Shown: positions 11,701 through 26,198, counted from the stretch's first letter. The stretch: DNA of 34,233 nt from Bigelowiella natans CCMP2755 (GCA_000320545.1 ADNK01001470.1:1-34233), one strand, 5' to 3'. Notes: generated by a model from the sequence alone, not told the origin. Translations and numbers: made by a program.

Positions 11701-14043
11701 GGGTGTCGTGAGAGGCAAGGGAGGGAAGGGTGGGGGAGATAACGGGAGGGAAACTTCGCCCTTCTTCGTTGAATACTGGATTAGACCTATTAGACCTAGT
11801 ATTTTCAGTGGTTGTGTGTGGCAGGGGGGGGGTGGGCGGGGAGAAGGGCTCACTTCTGCCTGCGAGTCATAATGTCGATGTATGTTTTTGCGCGTGTGTG
11901 TGTGTATGTGTGTGCGCGCCTTCGTGTATGTGTTGCAAGGAATGGGAGGCGCTCAAGTCTTTAGACCCTACCGTATTAACTCTCAGAGCTGCGGAACGAT
12001 ACGCCGTCAGTTATTATTCCCACAACAAAAAGCACCAAAACAACGAGAATAACATTAATAACATCGATCTACAATGCCGCCACCGAAAGCACAGTCTCCT
12101 ATCTCTTCCTAACTCTTCTCCCCACCTCCTCACCTTCCCCCCCCTCCCCGCCCTGTTCCCCTTCTTGTGCTCTTTCTCTCCTCGGTATTGCCGATGAAAC
12201 GGCGACCAATCAGGCGCTGCTGTACTTATACCAACGTGAAACAGTCACTCGTCTTCGCAATGCCTGTTGTATTGGCGGGATCAGCGGCAGTAACGATGGA
12301 GAAACCAGTGACGTGAGCACCAGGGGCGGGGCGAGCACGGCTACCACAGCGTCCGAGGGAGGATGCGTCAAACCGGTGATAATGGGAGTCCACATCGACA
12401 ACAAGAGGTACTTGCTGCTCGGTGTGCCAAACTGCTACTACTACACTACCGAAACTGTACCGACAGCGAAAATACGGCCCATCTCGAAAGAGATGCTAGG
12501 ATGTTGCCATAACGATTAAAAACGCCTCCCCACTTCGACAGGCTATGCGCCTGGCTGTCCGATACCAAGATGTACATCAAGAACTGTGAAGAGGTGCGTA
12601 TGCGACGTCAGCTGCTGCCTCCTCTGCCTTGTTTCCATATACCGTCGGTTGTTTCCAATGGGACACCGTGCATGAGTTTCAAGCCCTTTCGTCTCCGAAC
12701 AATATCAGGTGTTTCGGACCCTCACCAAAGATCTTAAGCCTCGCAAAGGTAGCAGCTAAGAGAGAGGGGGAGGGGGGGGGGAGGCTATGCCGCGCTGTTT
12801 CCACCGCTATTCCTTTTGATAGAGAGAGATTTTGCATCAACGCAGTTGTTTCATCATGCAGGGATGGCCCTGTCGATGGAGCGTATCGGTAAACGGATGA
12901 GGCTGCAGAGGCAGAAGGCAATGAAAAGGGTGATGCCACTGCGGGGGCGTGTACCTTCGTGTATACGTGCATATTGCGTGTGTGCGTGTGTCTATATGCC
13001 GGCTTGCGGTTGATGGTGCTGATGGACGAGAATGACGCCGTTATTATGATAATAAGTTGGGTAATACAGTAAGGGGGGGGGGGGGGGATCCCCCTTGTGC
13101 TTCGCTGCAAATAGTATTCTCAAACTGTATTGTCACGAATTATTTGGCTTCCTGTGTGCTGTACATCCTTCGCTCCCTCAGTTGTTACTCGGGACCGCAA
13201 GAGGATTCGAGGCAGTGGTTAGATGATGATGACGACCGAAATGACGACGATGACAACGATACAATTCTCACACACACACACAGTGCAGCCTTACACTGTA
13301 AGGAAGCTTGCATAGACGCTAGCAGCAACGACTCATGTGACGATTTCATACTGCCTTCTCCTGTTAATTGTGCTGTTTATCTCGTCTCCCATCATCAGTC
13401 TCGTGAAATCGTGCAAGTCCTCGCTGCACAGGTAGCTGTGGTGACTGTGGTGGTAGTAGCGAGGGGGTGGGGAGAGAGGAGGGGGGAGGGGGGAAAGTAT
13501 AATTTCGCACCTTTGCTTCGATTCTCCTCCTCCTCATCGTCGGCAAGAATAGTTTTGCGGAGAATTTCTACGTCACAAACGTATGAGATACTCTGCGCTG
13601 CCGAATTATCGTAAGTTATGCACGAGAGTAGCGTTTAGCACACACCGGGCCTTTGCGCTGCTCGCTGCTACCCCCCGCACCCGTTGTCACCGTTAATCGT
13701 GTTATGGCTAGGTGCTCGCGCCGTTCTCCTCCAGGCCAGGCCAGAAAATCTTTGAGAACTTGTGGGCTGCCGCGAGGGATAAAGACGAGAAGGTCCCTTA
13801 CTTGTTCCAAGATACGACCGTGTGCTACGCACATCATGCACGCACGTTATGCATTCGAATTACATGAGCTAAATAAATGCTATGTGGGGTCGTTGGATCT
13901 TTGGTCCACCCCGTCTTTCTTCTTCTTCTTCTTTTTCCAGGGTTACACCAGAGCAGCAAAGCAGTTGTTTCAGGTGTGAGAGTGCGTGCGTAAGCACCTA
14001 GAAACGATAGCATCGAAAATACAGCAGCGGCAGTTCCGAGTGG

Positions 14044-14077
<34 letters not shown>

Positions 14078-14397
14078 CGACGCAATCGAAGATGCCAGTG
14101 TTGTTTTCCCGTAATTGCAAGCTACAGCGTTGATGCCTTGTGTTGTGCTTCGATACGGTCATGAAGGTCGTGGCTGAGCCGTTGGCGAGAAAGACGTCAT
14201 GGATGAAGTCCAAGGTGGGTTTTTATGCTTTTGCTATCACGGCTGCTACCTGCCCTCTTCTTCTTCTTCTTCCTCCTCCTCCTCATCCTTCTCGACCTCT
14301 TTCTTCTCTTTCTCGTTCTTCTCCAGTAAGTAATGGCCTTAGAGTATTAGTAGTACCACGTTATTCACGGGAAGGGAGACGGGGGCAGATTCCACCA

Positions 14398-14436
<39 letters not shown>

Positions 14437-15576
14437 AAACGGATTCTAGCTTAGCCTCATCTGAAACAATATCAAACATCGCAGCGACATGACTCATCCA
14501 CAGTTGCAGTACGCTGAGTCCTCCTCCCCCCCCTCCTCGTTATCAATCCCTCCTCAACCCCCTCCCAGGAACAATGTGAAACGCTCACGAAGTCCGTTGT
14601 CAAAGGAGTCGTACAGGTGCGGCACCCATCAGCACACTAGACCGAAATAATACGATAGTCACCGTGATGAGGAAAAAGATATGTCCCGAATTTTCGCGCT
14701 GCCCTTTTTTGCCCCACCCAAGAAGTAGCTTAAAACATCCCCCCCCCCCCTCCCTCTCTGCCTCCCCCCCCCCCATTACCACAAACGAGCAGTCATAGAC
14801 TACCTGCTGCTTCTTTCTTTCTTTCTTTCTGACCAGACGTATCTTCTGTGGGCCTTGCAAATGGCCGCTGGAGGTCCCAAGCAGACGAGAACAGTCTCCA
14901 GTGGTAGTTGCAGCGCATCTTCCTGCATGGAGAGGGGCTCTTTGTATTGGCGCACGCACGCACTCTCTGTACTCAACCTACTGTCATCACAGACGATGGT
15001 GTGTATTATGTGTGCTTTCGGGGTTAGGAGGGAATCTTGCTGTGCACCTGGAGGCAGATCGGCAGCGATTCATCCGCGCGGTACACAAACTTGTACAAGG
15101 ACGAGAACACCTTCGCGCTACATCTTGTGGTTTTTCCCCCGCCTCCTCCTCCTTCCGTCTCCGCCTTCTTACGAAGAAGGAAGCGGGAGAAGTGCCAATA
15201 AACCAACACGTGCCCCACCGACGAACGACTCGTCCTGCGAGATGACGCAGCTGCGACACAGCCACATGAATACGGATTCCGTGCTGTCGCGCCTCGCAGT
15301 GATGCAGTCTTGCGAAGTTGATGTTTACGGTTGCGCTGTTGTGGTGGTGATGGTGGTGGTGAGAAAATAGGCAACAGTGAGCAGCAGCATTTTCTCCTTC
15401 TACTTTCCTGCCTTTTCCTCTGTGATACCCCGCCCCCTTTAATCATGGTTGGGGGCCTTAAATAGTGCACATTAACGTTGTTATGCCATGGTGGTGTTAC
15501 AAAAGGTGCGCGACGAAGAAGGCATTCGTGGGGTATTACATTTGCACGCAAACACACACGCACACAGTCACACACA

Positions 15577-15615
<39 letters not shown>

Positions 15616-16273
15616 CACTACATCGCCAGGTCGCCAAAGTCGGTGACACCGAGCTGGCTTCCTTCGCGCTGATGAAAAATGCAGCTGCTATTCTCCGGGC
15701 GTCTGATTCGTGGGAAATAGATCAACAATACCCAGGGCTGCTGTCCTCCTGCGTCTCTGCAGAGAGGGCACAGAAGGTGATTATGCTGCACATACACACG
15801 CACGCACGCACGCACACTCACACACACGCACACACATTACACACATCATCATCCTCACCATCACCACCACTACCAACACGACCGAAGCTCTCGTGTATCA
15901 TCCAATGGCATCGTTATCGTCACCGCTGCTTGCTTTCACGTCTTGGGGGCAGGTCCTGCGACGACTTCTGCGAGTCTCCTCGTGCATCCATGGCCGCTAC
16001 GCGGACGAGTCGGAGCCAGGGAGAGCTGTGATGGCAAGATTCAACAAATACGCGCTCACAATGGAGGAGGAGGCTGAGAGGAAACGGCGGATTTTGGTGA
16101 GGGTAGCTTCAGAGGGAAAACTGTCGCAAACTAAGCAGCAACAGAGGCAGCGCTCTCCGATCGAGGAGGACGAAGAGCCAGACCTCCGGGCGTTCAAGAT
16201 CGGCAGTGGGGAATCAGCGTTTGTTGCGGACCATAGCTTTCCAAGCATGTCTAGCAGATGTAGCAGCACGTAA
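10460..16273 (+). CDS. Large multi-exon protein, possibly a divergent exocyst Sec6/EXOC3-like helical protein
   Basis: Exon 1 (10460-10576, MGIGLSFVND..EWTK) splices in frame into ORF 10631-11203. Later exons include VLLQSATKVLESIVTEK|VQTDRDGTVFTDGPRDIFTII, LCAWLSDTKMYIKNCEE, QKIFENLWAA, GNLAVHLEADRQRFIRAV and VAKVGDTELASFALMK; the last exon ends ..SRCSST* at 16273. The Sec6 resemblance (D.DG...T..P.D.F..I and LCA) is by eye only. Confidence 0.55.
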
Positions 16274-17500
16274 TTATCAACTCACATTAGCTGCTGGGCG
16301 GTATATCGACGGTAGCGATCCTGTGGGCAGTGCTGCATATAATCGGGCGATTCGAGCTGCCTATTTTCACATGCCACATGTATGGCAGCTGTAGAGCTGG
16401 GTATGCGACACTACTACATGTATAGAACTTATTGACGCTGCCATCACGAGTGGACAAGCTACGTGCTGTTGTCCTTGCAAAGCCAAGCTAATATATCTGT
16501 GCAAGGCGCATGCACAGCATCTAAATGCTACTACACAAGCGCTCTTTATTTATATTTAACCCCGCTATTCGCTCACACAAATGTAAGACGGATGTATTTA
16601 ATCAATTAGAATTTGTTCAATGGTCATCCTCATGTAGCAAGTGTGTAGTGCGCACATCAAGACATGCAGATCGATGCACATGTGTTATAGTGTGTCTGTT
16701 CTGCACCTTGTCAATTAAAACCTCCTACGATACACGCTCTGCTGAAAGTTTGTCTTCGTCATCACGCGCCGCATCAGCGCGCATGTCCATCATTGCCGAC
16801 GAACGGACCATCCCTATGATCCGTGCCATGCTAGCATGACGTCCGTCGTAAATATAAATATGCAACGACCGGCCTTTTGTCGTGTGGCAGTGCACGTTTA
16901 TTGACTTGAAGATCGCCCCTTTGTATTGCAGCGGCTGAATATATCGTCGCGCCACGTTGCGTGCTAGCACAGAGTATCGTATATGAGTAGGCAAATACTC
17001 CTATGACGACGAAGCACACAATAAGGCCTTATTTCTGCTGCGAAAGGACCGGACCACCATGTGCAACGACACTAGCACAACATAGCACGCATTCATCTTA
17101 GTTGTCGTTGCTGACGCAATGTGCGTAAGCAGTTGCGCCGGATAAAGACTCGCTCACTCAGAACATCTAAATGAGCTAGCGTCCGCCTTCGCACACTATG
17201 CTACAAGCCGGCCATCCCACTCCATGCCAAACCCTGTGATGCTGCGCTGCTGGTTAATGCAAGTGCAGCATAGCTAGATAGCAAACGTCAATCATAACCG
17301 ATTGTACACTACTAGAGATATATAAATTGTTATCAAGGTAGCACGGAAACACAAAAAACGGTGCTATCTGGCTGTCGACATGCATTCTGGCAAAAATGTT
17401 CGCACTGGTGGAGTACATGTGCACTCACTTGTTGTTGCGCGCAGCGAAGAGACGAGGCTATTGCTGCTAAAGCAGTGACGGATGGTAAGTAAGGATGCTG

Positions 17501-18694
17501 CTATCGGCGCTTGCCAGAGTTCTCCGTGCGATGAGACTTCGTCTTATTCGGTGCTGAACCGCTACTTCGCCCGCGTTTACGATTTCCTGAGGTAGCATTT
17601 CCACCATTTCCTGTCTGAGCAGAGGAGCCTCCCCCCACTGCTGCATTCGCTGCCGTCTTGGCAGGGCGGGCGGGGCTGGGGGCCATCAGAGCTGTTGCCT
17701 TTTGCAGGAGAGACTTGTTCTGGATGAAAATGACAAAAACAACAACGGCAGCGACGGCAAGTATATATGTAAGGATATTCATGTTAATATAAATATAAAG
17801 TGTGTAGAAATATAAGCTTTTATGTGTCGCTGCCAAAACACGCAATTGATTCATGCGACAGGAGGATGATTCCCATTCTCATCGCTCGCCTCTTTTGGTC
17901 CTGTTGGTGCCGCTACGCACACCTGCAAGGGGACGAAGCCGGAGAAGTGTAGGCGCTCGTAGGTATAGAGGCAATGCATGTAGTGGTACAGCAGAATCTC
18001 TGACATATTAATCGTCGATGGGATTCCTAAAAAATAATAAGAATAATAAGAATAAGAAGAAGAAGAAGAAGAAGAAGAAAAAGAAGAAGAAAAAGAAGAT
18101 GATGGATGATGATGATGACGACGACAGCGGTGATGATGGCAACGGGCAGCTGCTGTTGTTACTACCGAGATTTGAGATGATGCGCCTCCACCTAGAGTCT
18201 TCCACCACATTGTTGATTCCTCCTTGTTTCACAACCTAACGGCCGAATTTCGGTAGCAGCAGCAGGCAAGATGGTAACGTCGACGATGATAATGACAACG
18301 GGTGATGGCGACGAGGGTGAGCTCTCGCTACTAAGCGTCACACACAGCAGCTGCGACATAACAACACGCAAGCACCTCCTTGTATAGCTTGTAGAGATCG
18401 ATCGGCTTGTTGCCTACCATCGGCTGGCGCACCACTTCCTTCCCCTGCCGCTTTATCAGATTCGCAATTCGTTTCAGAAATGCTGTCTGCATCACGTAGG
18501 CAGTCGTGATCTTCGGCCCAGCATGCTTGGATATGGCTGAGGACCCTCTCGCCCTGCTGCTGCCTTTCTTGCCGTTTGTCTCATTTACCAGCGCGTTAGC
18601 TGTCGTTGTTGTCTTGGTGCTCCCCCCCCCTCTGGTGAGCTGTTTTTTCTCCTTTTCCAAGCAGTCAAAGCACAGGAAGTCGATGGATCTGAAG

Positions 18695-18735
<41 letters not shown>

Positions 18736-19201
18736 TAAATATTCCTGATAATAAGGTCATCGCGAGATCCTTCAGCCTCTCCCTCCCCCCCCCCCCGCCC
18801 TTATCCTTTCCTCCCTCCCTCCTCTGGACTATGACTGCAGTCGGCTACCTATCTTGAAGGCGACGCAGGTTAGGGGGCACGTGCGAACGACAATATGAAG
18901 TTGGGCATTGAAAGCACTGATACTCCAAGGTCTTTCCCTGTAACAGACACGCCACAAACAGCACGTCTTACGTTGAGCTATCAGAGAAAACATGAAATCA
19001 TACACTGCTGCTGCAGGTGGTAGTAATAGTAGTAGCACTTGCTCTTGCGTGGAGCAACAGCATCTCTACCTCGCAGCCGCTCTTGTGGCAGCTGTGACGT
19101 GGACACATCCATGTCCCCGAGGGCACTGTCTCGAGACCGATGCAGGCAGGATGATAAACCTGAGGAATGGGACGTCGTTACACGGTTGATTATGAGACGG
19201 C

Positions 19202-19236
<35 letters not shown>

Positions 19237-20060
19237 GGCGGAGGAGCAGGAGGAGGGGGAGGGGGGGAGGAGGAGAATGACGATGGTCGCGATTGCATCA
19301 TCAGCGATTCATCAAGAAGCGAGAAACACCTTATTGCATGATTCGAAGTCGCACATGATCAGAATCCCCCCCCCGGTGCAGATCATACAGAAATCATCGC
19401 CCTCCCAAGCGTCGTCCTGGCAACACATAGAAGAAGAAGGAAAAAAGCTCACCAGTTAAGGATCTGGGTATCAAGTCGTAGAAGCGTTGGTGCTACTACT
19501 TACTGGCCCTGCTCTCCTACAGTTAGCATCTTCTCACGACATTTTTCATTACGATGACTTTTTTGCTACATACAGGCGAGCCAACCTTCTCCATTAATAT
19601 CATTATTATGGTAGTAGTAGTAGTAGTAGTAGTAGTAGTAAGAATATTAGTATTGTCACACTACTAGTCCAACCCCAGCTGCGCCCTGCTGTGGATCTAT
19701 CCCTTGATCTTCTTCAGGAGGCTCACAAGGGGCGAGCAGTTCCTGCACTTCCTCGACGTTGAAGTCACACTTGGCCAGTATATGCAAAGCCCTCTCCTCG
19801 CACAATTGCTCTTTCCGGTCGTGGAACAGACCCCGCACGAAGTCGAGGTATTTTTCAACTTCCTCTGCGCCCAGACGGGACGGCGTCCATATTGGCGCGG
19901 TGGTTGGGCCCTTGGCGGGCACCTTTTCTGACCCTGTCGTCGCAGTCTCCTCTCCCTTGCTGGCAGAAGCTGCTGTGCTCGTGGGGAAGTCTGGCACGAA
20001 GACTTGGAACTGTTTCCCCACCCGTGGTTGGCTTCGGACTTTCTTCCCGCTGCGCTTCAT
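17501..20060 (-). CDS. Chromatin regulator: ELM2 + PHD finger + NSD-type Cys/His finger + ARID domain
   Basis: ELM2: PRVGKQFQVFVP..IWTPSRL..EVEKYL..EERALHILAKCDFNV. PHD: DDFCMICTGGGILIMCDFESCNK|VYHPACIGLETVPSGTWMCPRHSCHK. Next finger: YQCFQCPTSYCRSH..FLCFDC. ARID: FLKRI..PMVGNKPIDLYKLYKE|VVKQGGINNVVEDSRWRRIISNLG..HYMHCLYTYE. A basic tail ends at 17501; the last intron is inferred. Confidence 0.85.
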
Positions 20061-20478
20061 TGGTGCGGCGCAATCTGTGTCCTCCTGATATCAATTTTCT
20101 TCCGTGGCGCCTCAAGCAGGTCTTTGGGCTGAGCCTCTCTCTGTCCCCTCCTTCCGCTCCTGGCCGCGCTCTATGCGAGTAACAGAGCCAGATGCCGCCA
20201 ACGCGGGGAGAGGGATCGCTCGAGGAGGTGCATGCACTCCGGGTTGTTGCGAGTTGTTGTTGATCCTGTTGCTTCGGATTCGCTGTTTTAGGAAAAATAT
20301 CATGGTAATACGAGGCATTGAAGCAAGCGAAAGCGGACATGGTTGCATCTGCTGACTTTACATAGATTCTTAGATTTTTTTTGTAGGTAATATATCCGAT
20401 ATACTAGTCCCTGTTGCGGTGAACGTGTTGCCCGATCCGCTGAGCTCGAGATCTGGGAAGGGGGGTCGGGCACGCAGG

Positions 20479-21329
20479 ATGAACGCGGAGCATTACTCCG
20501 CAATGGCGATGATTCTGAGCGGAATCGCTGTGTTCCTCATGTCAACCGTGCTAAATATGAGAGCCTGGTAAGGATGCCGCAGCCCCCAAGTCATGGTTAC
20601 GTCTGACTGTTGGTCTTCGAGTAGGTACGGGAGGTACAACATTGAAGTCCCCGCCACCTTGTTCAAAATGAATGCGACACTAGCTTGGATTCTACAGGTA
20701 TACACCAAACTCAGTAGGCTCCATGTAGTTGTCTTTGATGCCATCTCTGGCCCCTCATCCGCCGTTGAATTCTGTCTTTTCGTTGGTATCATTAATATTT
20801 CAGGAGAGCCCGGTTTTGGTATGGTGCGTGTACAGCTACGTCCATGCCAATCCTGCATGTCGCGGCTCCCCAGCGAACGTCGTCTTGCTGTTCTTCCTCG
20901 CTGCACATTATTTTAATCGTACCTGCATCTACCCACTGCTGATTCGAGTGAGTTCTCCGTGCTTTATAACTGTGTTGTATTGGAAAGGATAACAAAAAAT
21001 CTATCGAAGTAATTATGAACAATGACAATAAGCTGCATACCAGGGCGGCAAGAAAACACCCGTTGAAGTAATGCTCCTTGCATTTGGCTTCTGTGTTTGG
21101 AACGGCTACAACCAGACAACGTGAGCGTCAATTATTGTCCCAACCACCCGCAGCAAAAGCATCATTCCCACCATCGTCATCATCGTATAATTATTTCTCA
21201 TGTCTAGGTGGCTGATGCAGTCGCATGTTTATGGTGCTGAATGGGTCAACGACTTCCGATTTGTGGGCGGTTTGATACTTGCAGCTACAGGTTGTTGTCG
21301 TCGTCTTTGTAGTCCACGGAGAGCAGTAT

Positions 21330-21375
<46 letters not shown>

Positions 21376-21818
21376 ATTCAGATCCTTGGAGAGCAACGAC
21401 AGCTTGAGAGGATTTTTGAGATTCTGGAACATCTTTTCCCTCCCCCCTCCAAAGGAATGGCGATAAATGTGCACTCCGATCATATCCTGCGGAATCTAAG
21501 AAAACCAGGAGAGACAGGGTGAAGATTCAAGTTCAGAAATTACCCTCAATGAGCATATTAATAACCATCGGCCTAATTTTTTTAGGTACCGAGTACCTCA
21601 GGGCGGCATGTTTGAATTGGTTTCTGGTGCTAATTTTCTCGGAGAGATTATCGAATGGACAGGTGATGATAACAGCAGCAGCTCGCGAAAGCACTGAGGA
21701 AGAGAGAGCAAATCAATCTTAGCCGTAGTAGTAGTAGTAGCGGCAGTAGTAGTAGTGGTAGTAGCAGTAGTAATGAATTCCTCACATGATATATAATACA
21801 TATATACACATATACATG

Positions 21819-21853
<35 letters not shown>

Positions 21854-22600
21854 TACATCTGATCACCTTGCTATGAGGTGAGATTGCGAATGACACCTCC
21901 ACTACTTCAACAGGCTTCGCCATCGCCCAGTGGTCGCTGGTGGGATTTGCCTTCGCATTCTTTACCGCTTCGTTTATCGGGCCGAGGGGGTCAGTCAGCG
22001 TTCCGGCAATAAAACCACTTACTAGTATTGCTATTATCACCTTTACTATTATTTTTTGTAGTTGTTTTTGTTACTTCTCTGCAACTATGCCACTAGTGAT
22101 CGTGGTGATAGCAGAAAAACGTTGTTTCCTCTCCGATGCAGTATCTAATAAGCCGCTACCGTTTCTTCGTGGTACAACTGGTTTACCAAACCTGCAAGAG
22201 TAGCCCTGTTGAGAATATACAGTTCCCCCATGAGGATTTTGTTCATGCGGGGGTCATGAGTTCTCGAATAAATGTTCGCAGCAGTAGTTTCCCGCATTTC
22301 GGCTTGAGGATCTAATGCAGATTGCTTTCCCCTATAAATTATGTGTTGTTCCAGGTACCACCATCACCAGTATTATCTTCGGAAATTCGATAATTACCCA
22401 AAGCACAGAAGGTAGTAGTCCTATTCATAGTATCAAGCAGACATTGAGACACCCCACAATAAATTAATGGCGGCGTGGTTTGCGGTGCCGCGGGCGTGCG
22501 TGCTAAGCAAATGGTGTTTCATCATCGTGACATTATTTACACTGCAATCTGTTTGTCGGCCGGATGATATCTCAGGGCAATTATTCCGTTTATTTTGTAA
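20479..22600 (+). CDS. SRD5A: 3-oxo-5-alpha-steroid 4-dehydrogenase (SRD5A/DET2 family)
   Basis: Spliced exons: RAW|YGRY..LAWILQ|ESP..HYFNRTCIYPLLIR|GGKKTP..FCVWNGYNQ..GMAINVHSDHILRNLRKPGETG|YRVPQGGMFELVSGANFLGEIIEWTG|FAIAQWS..GPRG|YHHHQYYLRKFDNYPKHRR|AIIPFIL*. Confidence 0.93.
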
Positions 22601-22832
22601 CCTACGATGTTGCACGGTCCGGTGGGCACGCGAGAAAGCATTTCTTCAATTTAAATGAAAAATTAACAGGTTATTGAGGCGTGAATATGAGACGATGTAA
22701 AGAAATGATTACATTGTTTCAATGATCATCCCAATGTAATTGTGAAATACTGCAGCCACAGCGCTGATGTTGTATCTGTTTGTTTCTGCTATGATGTCAT
22801 TCATGTGAATGTGATAGGCGGCGTTCGCCATA

Positions 22833-23298
22833 CTTGTGCATGCCATGTTGTCATTGCTGATGGTCCATCCAGCTAGCCAGCTGACGTGCTGCGACACGCT
22901 TCACGAGCGATGCATGCTCACGTCGATCACGGTGGCGCTTGCACGTGCTCGCGTGCCGCAGCGCTAGAGTGGTGCGCGCACACCGATTCCACCTGACGTA
23001 CATGCACATGAACTGAGTGCCCGGCGTGCACGACGAGCTCGCGCGTCCAGCAGGCGCTGCGCGCGCGTGCGCGCGCAAGCTCAAATGTGACACAAACGCG
23101 ATGAGCGGATGAACACCAACTGCACGACCGACTAATGCTGCTCCAAATTTCACGCCGAAGACATGGAGTTTTCTCACTGCGACATCAAATTCACCTCGGT
23201 TTTCGGTCAAAACAGCGGCAAAGAGCGCGACATCCGGCCACTTCCCTGCAAACCCCATCACGTTTGGTGTGAGCTAGGGTTCAGGGGATCGATGCGGC
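22833..23298. other. TpA-depleted intergenic tract
   Basis: Hand count: 5 TA in about 465 bp, 3 in CTAG; contains GCGCGCGTGCGCGC runs. Confidence 0.8.
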
Positions 23299-25423
23299 TA
23301 CCCGCCTTGCTGCTCCTTCTCGCCCGCGTGTGCGCTAGAACCCAAGATCACAGCAAGATCGATGCTGAGGAAGACATCATGAGGCCCGTAGGCGAAAACC
23401 AAGTGCTAATATTTCCACCCCTTGCGTCCAAGCAATCTATGCAAGAGAAGCTGTTGGTGCTCATCCCTGGGGCCAATGTCGCCACGGAGTACTACTCTGC
23501 ACCTGCGCTAGCTATTCAAGACAAGGCGCAGATGAAATTATGGGTCGTTGTGCCGGCTATGCCTGAGGAGAAGTGCATCATTGCTTGTCCTACAAAAGGA
23601 TTCTGCTCCATCTTGCAGAACATCGTTCAAAAGGCCATCAAGCAAGCGATCGATCAAGGGTATGCATTCGACATTTCAGTATCTTTGCTTTCGGTTAGAT
23701 GATTCAGGATAATGAAATTATCATGATCTCTACTGCCATCATGCCAAGCACATCATATGACACCACAATGATGACGATGTGGGTATGATTACCATGTGAT
23801 ATTGATGGCGAACAATAACAATGACTATGATTCTGACGCTGTAATGGTTGGGACGATGATTATGGTACGAACGCAGAGATTAGTATCCTGTGGGTATTTG
23901 ACGAGGGCGGTAATGTAAAGTGACTTTCTCGTGCAGGTATGCAGGAGGAACTGCTGCCCCAGATGTGCTCATGTCGGGGCACAGCCTTGGAGGTACCTGT
24001 GCATCGAGTCTTGTCGAGGCATATGAGAAAACTGCGCAAAAGTACCAAGCTCTCGTCGTCATGGGGTCGTATGTCACGGACCAGGCGGTTGAAGGATTCT
24101 CCACGCCAGTTCTCACACTAGGTGCGGAGCTTGATGGGGGGTTAGGAAGACCAGGTAAAGACATACCAAATATTATCAATAGCATCCATTTCTTAGCACC
24201 ATTGGTCTGCAGGCAACATCCTGACTTCCCTGGAATCTTCAGATAAAGCTGCCCTCGCGGAAGGTGTGATTTGCTTGTCAATTCATGCTTATTTTTGCCG
24301 ATGATCTCTAAAACACAATCGAACGAATGCGGTATACCACTAGGGGAGCTCAACTCCAAGTGGCAGCTGACCAACAAGCCTGTGTCAATTTTGCCAAAGC
24401 TAGACCACTCATCGTTCTGCCCAGGATTTCGCGTTCCTGGTACATTAAAAAAAAAAAAAAAAAAAAGCTTTAAAAAGCTTTAACTAACGTGATTTCCTGC
24501 CTGTTTTGTTGAGGTTTGCTTGCCTTCGTCCCGCAGGTGATGTCTACCCTGCAGACACTGACAACGCAACAGCGATGACTCTAATCTCGCACCACGTAGC
24601 ATCATTCTTGCATCTTCACACACCCCAGCCGAAAGAAATTGTGGACGACTCGGTTAGTGTGCTGGAGGGTGGAATGAGGTGGACAAGGGAAGAGCTGCTG
24701 AGGCCTTACACCGAGGCATTAGCTCTCGAGCTGAGTCGGGACGGTAAGACAGCTCCGTGGTGTGCGGTCGCCCAGGATTACATTGCAGGGCTCAAGCACA
24801 GGAACGACAGCGCCAGATTGCACATCGCGCACAACACCTACACAATCACAGATTCCAACTTCGAGCACTCGCGTGTCAAGTACTTGACACGTTCCGATGA
24901 GCTATATCTCAACATATCCGCGCACGATGCTCCGTATGGGACTGGGCCAACAGGCATTGCCACGAGCTGTCTAAGACCTTCGTTGGAGGTCGGCTGCAAG
25001 TTGGCTTCTGCGGATCGCATCGCCGAACAGCTTAGAGTCCCTAGTTCCAGCTACACAAACACGTCCACCTGCATGGACATCAACAACCTGGCGCTGAAGA
25101 CTGCATTCGATCTCCTCAATAGGACTGAAGCCGGCCGTTCAGCCATTGCACGTTATCACAAGAGAGGGAGAGGCGTATGCTTAGAGAAGGATCACTCCCC
25201 ATTGGGAAACATAGGGCCACTATTCGTGAAGGGGCGCTTAAGCATCAAAGACAACGGCACTTGTTTGGTTGTTTCATCCATGTCACTAGGACCGACCCCT
25301 CTGAAATCCCTTCTCTTTCCTGGGGTGCAGTATTGCAAGCTGCTTTCTCCTGCCAGAATCATGGACTACATCATGATTGACTCGCTCAAGAGTAAATCTG
25401 GATGCCTCAACGTCGGCCCATGA
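23292..25423 (+). CDS. Secreted alpha/beta hydrolase, about 4 exons
   Basis: Signal peptide MRLPALLLLLARVCA, then LLVLIPGANVATEYY, nucleophile motif MSGHSLGG, VLTLGAELDG and LDHSSFC. A long last exon ends at TGA 25423. Confidence 0.85.
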
Positions 25424-25642
25424 CAAAAGTTGGCAAATGTAGGCTTTCGGTGATCTCGTACCAGTCGGCTGATGATGAGTAGCTAAAAATATTCCCTTCC
25501 GTCGCGCAAGCCTGCAATGTATAGTACACATTTACGCACCATACCTCTTCAGATGCCCCTTTGCTAGCTTGGTCAAGCACAATGCTGCCTGGATGTCACA
25601 TGCATGATTGCAATGTGAGCACCATGTTGTGGCATACATGAA

Positions 25643-25689
<47 letters not shown>

Positions 25690-26198
25690 GGATCCTATAA
25701 TCCAGATGCGCCGTGCGTTCCCATACATGGGTATATTTAATGACATTTGTTTACGTGTAAGATGAGATAGCCAACCAATAAGGAACGCTACCAGCATCTT
25801 TTTCATGCATATAGCGAGTTCCTGAATACGCAAGCATTTATTGACTCCACAAACATGCATATTGTACGGCATACGATACGCGCCGGCAAAAGCTGGTGTC
25901 GTATCTCCTCGCATCAGGCGCCGCAGCGATACGGACAATTTTCGCCGGATTAATTAACGAGATAAGCTCATATTACACTTTGCAAAGGCGTCCAACGCCG
26001 ATACAGACATCGTATACGCTACTACTATTAGCTGTACAACAACATACAATATGGCGTGTTCACTGCGTCGCCGCTTATTTTTACTCACGTAACGCAGAGC
26101 ACACATACAGTGTCTCTATAGTCAGGTAATGCCACATCGATCAGTGATGACATGCTATTTAATATTAGACAATTATCGCTACATCTATACGCATTGGC

